Source of the DNA: an uncultured Polyangiaceae bacterium
GTDB lineage: Bacteria; Myxococcota_A; Polyangia; Polyangiales; Houyiibacteriaceae
Length of the DNA stretch: 64,000 nt
Direction of reading: 5' to 3'
Assembly (NCBI GenBank): GCA_964195565.1
Contig: CAXMRN010000117.1
Coordinates: 4,087-68,086, forward strand
Shown: positions 54,308-64,000 of the stretch, in pieces
Position numbering within the stretch: position 1 is the stretch's first letter
How the letters are laid out: every line of letters begins with the position of its first letter
Program-made: the position numbers and the translations under genes
Notes under the pieces: model-generated
The model's database searches: none
The model's input: the letters and a program-made list of their open reading frames with translations, nothing else
Told to the model about the DNA's origin: nothing

Positions 54308-55122
54308 GCGGGCTGAACAGCCTCACTGCGGTCGCCGATTGGCGATCGTGGGCCGTGCTTCGCCGGAATGCCCTGGTTTTCCTGAGGAATTGGCGTACCG
54401 CGGTCATTCCCCCTGCGATGGAGCCCGTGATCTTTTTCGTCGCTTTCGGGATTGGCTTCGGCGGGCACATCGAGGACCTCAGCTACCGTGGCGTCGACAT
54501 CAACTACGCGACCTACGTGGCCGCGGGCTTGATCGCATATACCGGTTTCGGCACGCCGTACTACGAGGCGCTCTACTCCGCGTACGTTCGCATGTTCTAC
54601 CAAAAGACTTGGGACGGCATCCTTGCAACTCAAGTCGAGCTCCCGAGTGTCGTATGGGGCGAGATCCTCTGGGGTGCGGTGCGAGGGATGGTGAATATCT
54701 CGATCGTGTCGGCGGTCATTGCGGTGTTCGACCTGTTCGGCCTCGTCGACGTGAAGGTAGAGTTCCTCGTGCTCATGCCGTTTCTTGGGTTCGTTGCTGG
54801 CTGCGCTTTTGCTTCATTCGCCTTGATCTTCACCGCGATCGTTCCCGCCATCGATCACATGAACTACCCGGTGTTCCTGATCGGCTGGCCGTTGAGTCTG
54901 GTGAGCAACACGTTCTTCCCGATCGACCCGCAAAGCCCCGCGCTTTGGGCCCTCATGCAGATCAATCCAGTGTATCAATTAGCAGAGTGTGCGCGTGGTC
55001 TATTGGTGGTCGGAAGCCCTGGTACGCACCTCGTCGGCCTGCTCGGAACGACGGCTCTATTCCTTGTTCCGTGCACCCTTCTAGCGGTCCGATTGACGCG
55101 TCGGCGAGTCCTCGGCGACTGA
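54304..55122 (+). CDS. ABC-2 exporter permease (NodJ-like)
   Basis: RRNALVF, EPVIFFVAFGIG, RMFYQKTWDGILAT, GEILWG, TFFP. GTGA overlap. Confidence 0.88.
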   Translation: MSGLNSLTAVADWRSWAVLRRNALVFLRNWRTAVIPPAMEPVIFFVAFGIGFGGHIEDLSYRGVDINYATYVAAGLIAYTGFGTPYYEALYSAYVRMFYQKTWDGILATQVELPSVVWGEILWGAVRGMVNISIVSAVIAVFDLFGLVDVKVEFLVLMPFLGFVAGCAFASFALIFTAIVPAIDHMNYPVFLIGWPLSLVSNTFFPIDPQSPALWALMQINPVYQLAECARGLLVVGSPGTHLVGLLGTTALFLVPCTLLAVRLTRRRVLGD

Positions 55123-55165
55123 GCTGCTTTCACCCAGAAATTCAGTTGTCAGATCAATAGGTTAG

Positions 55166-57679
<2,514 letters not shown>

Positions 57680-57715
57680 CTCCACATCAGTGTGCGAGAG
57701 ATTTTCGCGCGCGCG

Positions 57716-59863
57716 CTACCCGGTGCGTCGGGAGCGGCGGAGCAGGGACTGTATGGCAGCGGCGACTCGGGGGACTTCTTCGTCGACCTGGTCGAGGACC
57801 TGCCTTGCAGTCACGACGTCGTTCTCGCGTTCGATCGCGCCGAGCAGGTCGCCTACCCGAGCTGCGCCGATCTGCTTGCTCGCGCCCTTGATCGAATGGG
57901 CGGTCAGGCGAACGGCTTCCATGTCGCCTTCGTCCAACGAACGAGCGATCTTCTTCACGGAGTCCTTGAGTTGGTCGACGTAGCTCATCATCACGTCTTG
58001 TATGAAGTCGTCGTCTTCTCCATCTAGGGAGACCAGCTGGCGAACCATGTCGAGGTCGAGCGCCGAGGGTGGCGGTAGCGTCGACAGCGGCCTCATCGAG
58101 GGGCGCCCGGTCACCGGCACCCATCGTTCGAGCGCCTTGGCGAGCATCGAGATGCGCACCGGCTTGCCAACCGTGTCGTTCATTCCCGCCTCGAGGCAGC
58201 GTGCCCGGTCCTCTTCCGTGATGCTCGCTGTCAATGCGATGACGGGAAGCGCTTCGGTCTTCGGCGAACGGCGGATGCGTTCCGTCGCCTGAAAGCCGTC
58301 CATCAACGGCATGTAGCAGTCCATGAACACGATGTCGTAGTCGTGCTCACTCGTCATCGTGAGCGCATCGCGGCCGTCTGTCGCGATGTCGACCTCGCAC
58401 GACAATTTCTTCAACAGCGCTTCGGTCACCATCCGGCTGGTCGGGTTGTCTTCGGCGATGAGAACGCGCGCCCCTTCGCGGATCAGCAGATCGCCGGTCC
58501 CTGTCGCGTCCGCGACGCGAAGCGTGTCCTCGGGTCCTGGCTCTAGCTCGATCTCTGCCCAAAAGCTGGTCCCTTGGTTCAGCTGGCTCTTCACCCCCAG
58601 CTCCCCGCCCATCAGGTCGACCAGCTGCTTGGTGATCGCGAGGCCCAGGCCATTGCCACCGGAGTGACGTTGCGAGGCAGCGTCGCTCTGATGGTATCGG
58701 GTGAAGATACGAAGCAACGACTCGTCTGGAATTCCGATTCCGGTGTCGTTGACGCGAAGGCGGACGCGAGTCGTGTCGGACCTCTCCACGACCTCCGCAC
58801 TGATGATCACAGAACCCGACTCCGTAAACTTGATCGCGTTGTTCACAAAGTTGAGCAAAACCTGTCGAATACGACCGCCATCCCCTATGAAGCGTCGGCT
58901 GGTGAACCCCTTCATCTCGGAATCGAGCAGAAGGCCTTTGGCGGCGGCGCGCGGCCGCATGAGGGCGGTCACGCCATCGATGAGGACGCTCATGTCGAAC
59001 GGCACTTGCGCGAGCTCGACCTGCCCCTTCTGAAGCTGCGAGAAGTCGAGGATCTCGTCGACGACGCCGATCAGGGCATCTGCCGACTCGCGGATCGCGG
59101 TGACCATCTTCTCCTGCTTGCCGTCGAGCTCGGTGTCGAGCAGCAAAGCGCTCAGTCCGAGCACGCCGTTCATCGGCGTGCGTACCTCGTGACTCATGTT
59201 GGCCAAGAACTCGGTCTTGGCGTCCGACGCCCGTTCCGCAGCGAGCCGCAGCTCCTCCATACGAACCAGGGTGCGGGCGCGTGCGTAGTTGATGCCGATC
59301 GTGACCGCGGAGAATCCGATCAGGTAGCCGGCGCTCTTCACCCAGTTGACGTCTTCGAGCTGAAGCGACACAGCACCCCAGCCGAGATCCCCCAGAACCA
59401 TGATCGCAATCACCCATCTTCGATCGTGAACCAGCGCGCCCGCTGCGAACTGAACGAGCACATACAAGTAGAGCGTGGACGGATCGCCGCTCAGCACGTA
59501 GCCCAGTGTGACCGTGGCGGTCACGACGACGAAGACAACACCCGCGACATGCACCGACCACATGAGTGGAAGTGGTTGGCGATGCGCACGCCACCCGAGC
59601 GCGAGCATGGCCGCGCCCGTGAGCCCGTACATCGTCATCAGCTTGAGTCCGGTTTGACTGAGGTCGGGGGACCACTGACCCGCGGCAAGTCCGAGGTAAG
59701 CGATGCCGGCGCAGATCACCAAGGTGGCGAGATGTCGCCCAGTGATCGTGTTCACCACCGTCTGTCGCTCGCTGCGGCTCAAGGGCACGCATGCGGCGAG
59801 GGTCTCGGCCGAAGGCCCGGGCCCGTCCTTCGAACTCTGCTCTTGCTCCCAGCCCTTCCCCAC
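57716..59863 (-). CDS. Hybrid sensor kinase (multi-TM, HisKA, HATPase, REC, Hpt)
   Basis: FLANMSHEVRTP, NAIKFT, DTGIG, GLGL, VFMDC, AHSIKG. Start set at GTG 59863 (uncertain). Confidence 0.9.
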   Translation of the reverse strand: MGKGWEQEQSSKDGPGPSAETLAACVPLSRSERQTVVNTITGRHLATLVICAGIAYLGLAAGQWSPDLSQTGLKLMTMYGLTGAAMLALGWRAHRQPLPLMWSVHVAGVVFVVVTATVTLGYVLSGDPSTLYLYVLVQFAAGALVHDRRWVIAIMVLGDLGWGAVSLQLEDVNWVKSAGYLIGFSAVTIGINYARARTLVRMEELRLAAERASDAKTEFLANMSHEVRTPMNGVLGLSALLLDTELDGKQEKMVTAIRESADALIGVVDEILDFSQLQKGQVELAQVPFDMSVLIDGVTALMRPRAAAKGLLLDSEMKGFTSRRFIGDGGRIRQVLLNFVNNAIKFTESGSVIISAEVVERSDTTRVRLRVNDTGIGIPDESLLRIFTRYHQSDAASQRHSGGNGLGLAITKQLVDLMGGELGVKSQLNQGTSFWAEIELEPGPEDTLRVADATGTGDLLIREGARVLIAEDNPTSRMVTEALLKKLSCEVDIATDGRDALTMTSEHDYDIVFMDCYMPLMDGFQATERIRRSPKTEALPVIALTASITEEDRARCLEAGMNDTVGKPVRISMLAKALERWVPVTGRPSMRPLSTLPPPSALDLDMVRQLVSLDGEDDDFIQDVMMSYVDQLKDSVKKIARSLDEGDMEAVRLTAHSIKGASKQIGAARVGDLLGAIERENDVVTARQVLDQVDEEVPRVAAAIQSLLRRSRRTG

Positions 59864-59894
59864 AGATTCAGTGTATCGGCCGAGAGCGAGCGAT

Positions 59895-60722
59895 TCACGG
59901 TTTGTGGGACAGAAATTTGTGGCGTGCCTCACGAATCGTGCGAACCGCCACATCGTGCAACACCCCATTGGATGCAATCAACTTCCCCTCTCGCGGGTCG
60001 ACCGCCTCGCCTTCGTAGGTGGAGAGGCGGCCCCCGGCTTCCTCGACGATCAACGCGCCCGCGCACATGTCCCAGGCGTTGAGGGCCTGTTCCCAGTAGA
60101 TGTCGTAGGTCCCGTCGGCGACTAGGCAGAGGTCGACCGAGGCGGCGCCGCAGCGTCGAATGCCTCTCGCGCGTTGAAGAAACAGAGCGAGCTCCGCATG
60201 GTTGTTGTCGGCGGTCGACCAGCGATCGTAGGGGAATCCGGTGGCACAGACGGCCTCTTCGAGCTGACCACGTGTGGACACGTAGCAGCGTTCTGTGTTG
60301 CGGAATGCACCGGTTCCCTTTGCCGCCTTCCAGGTGACGCCGAGTGCCGGCGCATGGACCACGCCCGCGAGCCCCTCCGATTCGCGATAGAGCGCGATCG
60401 ACACGCCGAAGAAGAAGTGGCCGTGTGCGAAGTTCGTCGTTCCGTCGATCGGGTCGACGTACCAAACCAGGTCGCCCTCACCGCTCTCCGCGTTCTCCTC
60501 ACCGATGATTCGGTGCGTCGGGAACGCTGCCGAGAGCTGGTCACGGATGAGCTTCTCGCTCGCCAGGTCGTACTCGGTGAGCAGGTCGAATCGCCCCTTG
60601 CGGGAGACCTTCGTGCCGGACCGCCACCCTTTCATCACCAACTCACCGGCCTCGACCGCCACACGCTCCGCGACCTCTAGGGCGCGACGACTATCCTCGG
60701 TCTCAGTCATGAAGTGCTGCAT
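59895..60722 (-). CDS. suhB: Inositol monophosphatase family protein
   Basis: GEE, VDPIDGTTNF, RRCGAA, WDMCAG. Confidence 0.9.
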   Translation of the reverse strand: MQHFMTETEDSRRALEVAERVAVEAGELVMKGWRSGTKVSRKGRFDLLTEYDLASEKLIRDQLSAAFPTHRIIGEENAESGEGDLVWYVDPIDGTTNFAHGHFFFGVSIALYRESEGLAGVVHAPALGVTWKAAKGTGAFRNTERCYVSTRGQLEEAVCATGFPYDRWSTADNNHAELALFLQRARGIRRCGAASVDLCLVADGTYDIYWEQALNAWDMCAGALIVEEAGGRLSTYEGEAVDPREGKLIASNGVLHDVAVRTIREARHKFLSHKP

Positions 60723-60864
60723 TTTCGCGGATTTCTGGCCTCACGCCATCACCATCTCGGCGGCCCGTGCGTGTTCGCTGGCATTTGGACCTCAAAACCC
60801 GTAAAAGGCCGTGCTCTGCAAAGCCCCGCGATTCGGGCGCAGACCAATGTAGGCAAATGTAGTT

Positions 60865-62568
60865 ATGCCCGACCAGGACATCGTGACGCCAAGCCTTCGC
60901 AATCCGTTTGAATCGGATGGCGAGAACCGCTCTTCCGCCAACGACGCGAAGGCAGGCGGGCCCTACGACGTCGCCCTACGCGACGGGCAGCAGCTCCGCG
61001 AACGCCCACGCACGGCGGCCGGTCCCGTCCCGATCGGACGGCAACACGCCAAGCGCCGGATGACGGTTTGGGAGCGCATGGACGTGGTCCGTGATGCTGG
61101 AACCGAGCCGACGATTCTGTACCAGAACTGGGGCCCGAATCTGGATGGTGCGTCGCTGGTCACCGCCGTCGTCAAGGTCCAGGGGCGCGACGTCGCTCTG
61201 TACGGTCATGACTTCACGGTTCGTGCGGGCTCGATGGATGCGACCAACGGAACGAAGCTCGCAAACGTCATCCGTTTGGCGGGTCGGCAAGGCATGCCGC
61301 TCGTTGGGATGAACGACAGCGCGGGTGCGTTCGTTCCCGCCGGCATCGGTGGCCTTGACGGCTATGCCGAGGCGTTCACCGCGCTTCGCAAGATTAGCGG
61401 CGTGGTGCCGAGCATCATGTGCATGTTCGGCTACAACGCCGGGGGCGGCTCGTACTTGCCGCGGCAGGGCAGCTTCATGATTCAGCCGTCGAACACCTTC
61501 TTCGGTCTGACTGGACCCGGCGTCGTGAAGTCGGTGTTGGGCGAGGACGTAACCGCGGACGAGCTTGGCGGCCCCGGGGTGCACGGCCAGAGCGGCGTCG
61601 TAGACCTCACCGTCCGCGATGAAGTGGGTGCGCTGCGAACCGCGCGCCGTTTGCTGAGCTACCTGCCAGGCAACAACCACGAGTTTGCTCCGTATCAGGA
61701 GACTTCGGACCCGATCAACCGGCCGACAGGCGAGATCGACACGCTTCTGCGCAAGGCGTTCAACTCGCCGACTGCTTTCAACACGCCGATCGACGTCAGC
61801 ATCCTGCTTCAGCAGATATGTGACCACGGCGACTACTTCGAGCTCCAGCCGCAGCGCGCGCGCAATACGATCACCGCGTTCGGACGCCTTGGTGGGCACG
61901 TCGTGGGCTTCGTGTGCAACAACAGCGCCGTGGCCTCCGGGCAGATCGACGTCGATGCGGCGTTCAAGAACTCCCGATTCATTCGGTTCTGCAACCTGTA
62001 CAACATCCCGGTGATCTTCATGGAAGATACGACCGGGTTCCTACCGGGTCGCGAACAAGAGAGCCGCGGCATCGTGCAGGCGGGCCGCGCGATGCTCGAC
62101 TCGATCATCGACCTGCGCACGCCTCGCCTGCTGCTCATCATTCGCAATGCGTTTGGCGGCGCATACGCGGCGTTCAATTGCTACGCGGTTGGCGCCGACC
62201 ACGTCATGGCGCTTCCGACGACGCGAGTCGCCGTCATGGGCCCGGCCGGCAAGGAGTTCGTCTACAAAAAGGAAATGCGAGACATGCGCGCCGAGGCGAT
62301 CTCTCGCCTGCAGGTCGCGCTCGACGCCGGCGCATCGAAAAAGGATGCCGAGGCGGACGTGGCTGCGTGGGTCAAGGCGCAAGAGGCGGCGTTCAACGCG
62401 CGGTACGAAAAGGAGCTCATGAACCCGAGGGAAGCCCTGAGCCTCGGCTCGATCTCCGAAATCGTCATGCCGACCGAGGTGAGGGCGTCGCTCGCCAAGA
62501 ACCTCAACTTCTACCTCTCCCACTACACCCCAGAGCCGCTGCAAACGGTTCAGCGTGAGTTCCACTGA
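60865..62568 (+). CDS. Acyl-CoA carboxylase, carboxyltransferase subunit
   Basis: [46 protein letters not shown]. Confidence 0.9.
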   Translation: MPDQDIVTPSLRNPFESDGENRSSANDAKAGGPYDVALRDGQQLRERPRTAAGPVPIGRQHAKRRMTVWERMDVVRDAGTEPTILYQNWGPNLDGASLVTAVVKVQGRDVALYGHDFTVRAGSMDATNGTKLANVIRLAGRQGMPLVGMNDSAGAFVPAGIGGLDGYAEAFTALRKISGVVPSIMCMFGYNAGGGSYLPRQGSFMIQPSNTFFGLTGPGVVKSVLGEDVTADELGGPGVHGQSGVVDLTVRDEVGALRTARRLLSYLPGNNHEFAPYQETSDPINRPTGEIDTLLRKAFNSPTAFNTPIDVSILLQQICDHGDYFELQPQRARNTITAFGRLGGHVVGFVCNNSAVASGQIDVDAAFKNSRFIRFCNLYNIPVIFMEDTTGFLPGREQESRGIVQAGRAMLDSIIDLRTPRLLLIIRNAFGGAYAAFNCYAVGADHVMALPTTRVAVMGPAGKEFVYKKEMRDMRAEAISRLQVALDAGASKKDAEADVAAWVKAQEAAFNARYEKELMNPREALSLGSISEIVMPTEVRASLAKNLNFYLSHYTPEPLQTVQREFH

Positions 62569-64000
62569 TGACTTCAACCGCCCAGGCGCAGAACCCCCTC
62601 ATCAACCGGGACCGTCGACTCGGACAGTCCGAGTCCGAATGGGTTCGGTCGTTCAGCTGCGAGGACATGTCGGCCCTCATCGTGTGTCGAGGCCCCATCC
62701 GGCGTGAGGCGCTCGACGTCTTTGATGAGATGGGGATGACCAACGTGGGGATTCTGCTTTCCGAGAAGGATTCGATTGTGTACCCGCGCGCGCTTGCGCC
62801 GGAGCTTCGCCGCTTGGACCCCGGTCGCGTTCATGCGGTCTCCGACTACTCGGGCGCGAGCAAAGAGGAGCGAAACGAACGCATCGCGCAGATCATCCAG
62901 ATCGCCAAGGACAACGGCTACGATTACATCTTCGCCGGCTACGGCTTCATGGCCGAGGACGAAGGGTTCGTCCGGTCGATCGAGGAAGCCGGCCTTGGGT
63001 TCATCGGCCCATGTTCGCACACCGTTCAAGCGGCTGGGTTCAAGGACGAGGCGAAGCGCACCGCGGAGCAGGTGAATGTCAGCGTGACGCCGGGGATCAA
63101 CGACGCCACAGGACGCCTTCTCCTCAGGAAGCACGGAGACCGCAAAGCGTTGGGCAAGCTCGCCAAGAAGCACGGTCTCGAGGTCGCCGAGCTCGTCAAC
63201 GACGAGCTGGATCTCGAGTTGCTCGCGGATGCGGTGCTGAGCGCTTCCTACGATGCGGGCATCGACCTCTACACGGTCGATGAGCTCGCTGAACAGATTC
63301 AACTCGAGGTGACGAACATCCTCGAAGAGTACGAAGGCAGCCGCATTCGCCTCAAGGCGATCGGTGGCGGAGGTGGCAAGGGGCAGCGCATCGTCGACCG
63401 CGCTGACCAAGCACCACCTATGGTGCGCGAGATTCTGAGCGAAGTGAAGGCGCTCGGAGTCGGTGACAACAAGAACATTCTGGTCGAGCTCAACATCGAG
63501 ACCACGCGGCACAACGAGATCCAGCTCCTCGGCAACGGTGAGTGGACGGTGTCCCTCGGCGGGCGCGATTGCTCGCTACAGATGCATGAGCAAAAGCTCC
63601 TCGAGGTTTCGATCACGCAAGAGACGCTCGGTGCTGCGGTCGAGCGGGAACGGGCTGCGGGCAATGAAACCGCTGCCGCCGCGATCGAGCAAGACCTCTC
63701 AATCCTCCGAAAGATGGAAGAAGAAGCCGAACGTTTCGGTGAGGCCGTCAAGCTCGACTCTGCTTCGACGTTCGAGTGCATCGTCGATGGACCGCGCCAT
63801 TACTTCATGGAAGTCAACACGCGCATCCAGGTCGAGCATCGCGTCTCCGAGCTTTGTTACGCGCTTCGGTTTCGCAACCCCGACGACGCGAATGATTCGT
63901 TCGATGTGTACTCGCTCGTCGAGGCGATGGCGGTGCTGGCCAAGCACAAGGCTCGGCTTCCGCGGCCGGAACGGGTCCGAAGGGACGCCGCTGCTGTCGA
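62568..64000 (+). CDS. Biotin carboxylase subunit (partial, runs off the window)
   Basis: Hand translation from ATG 62568: LIVCRGPIR, FAGYGFMAED, FIGP, KAIGGGGGKGQR, RHNEIQ, RDCSLQ, FMEVNTRIQVEH. TGATG overlap with the upstream gene. Confidence 0.9.
   Translation, partial: MTSTAQAQNPLINRDRRLGQSESEWVRSFSCEDMSALIVCRGPIRREALDVFDEMGMTNVGILLSEKDSIVYPRALAPELRRLDPGRVHAVSDYSGASKEERNERIAQIIQIAKDNGYDYIFAGYGFMAEDEGFVRSIEEAGLGFIGPCSHTVQAAGFKDEAKRTAEQVNVSVTPGINDATGRLLLRKHGDRKALGKLAKKHGLEVAELVNDELDLELLADAVLSASYDAGIDLYTVDELAEQIQLEVTNILEEYEGSRIRLKAIGGGGGKGQRIVDRADQAPPMVREILSEVKALGVGDNKNILVELNIETTRHNEIQLLGNGEWTVSLGGRDCSLQMHEQKLLEVSITQETLGAAVERERAAGNETAAAAIEQDLSILRKMEEEAERFGEAVKLDSASTFECIVDGPRHYFMEVNTRIQVEHRVSELCYALRFRNPDDANDSFDVYSLVEAMAVLAKHKARLPRPERVRRDAAAV

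Overview
GC-rich, densely packed core-chromosome segment. The gene content suggests a myxobacterium (Myxococcota, probably Polyangiales-like; inference only): Cys-rich lipoproteins, an FHA-GAF sigma54 activator, a fimU-pilV-pilW-pilX-pilY1 cluster and pseudo-receiver proteins. Housekeeping genes: ruvA (partial), ruvC, yebC, gltX, lnt, bioA, ftsK, tRNA-Leu(CAG), rel, trpS, tatBC, gyrB, suhB and an acyl-CoA carboxylase pair (second gene partial). I see no transposase, integrase, prophage, CRISPR array or rRNA. The most interesting signals are: (1) a self-contained sigma54 module (activator, perfect TGACA-N4-TGTCA palindrome, correctly spaced -24/-12 promoter, two unknown lipoproteins); (2) an uncharacterised four-gene operon divergent from ftsK containing a putative RHH-FHA regulator and a degenerate OmpA-like lipoprotein; (3) a dispersed composite repeat family (GCCAGY hexamers plus GCGGYYN 7/8-mers) inserted inside the ruvC-ruvA and ftsK-bioA operons; (4) a PilY1 with a Cys cluster next to its MIDAS motif and a coupled lipoprotein; (5) an NlpI-like TPR lipoprotein coupled to a HerA-like ATPase; (6) a small winged-helix gene behind a LexA-like box. 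All assignments come from reading motifs by eye; no database searches were run, so novelty is unverified.
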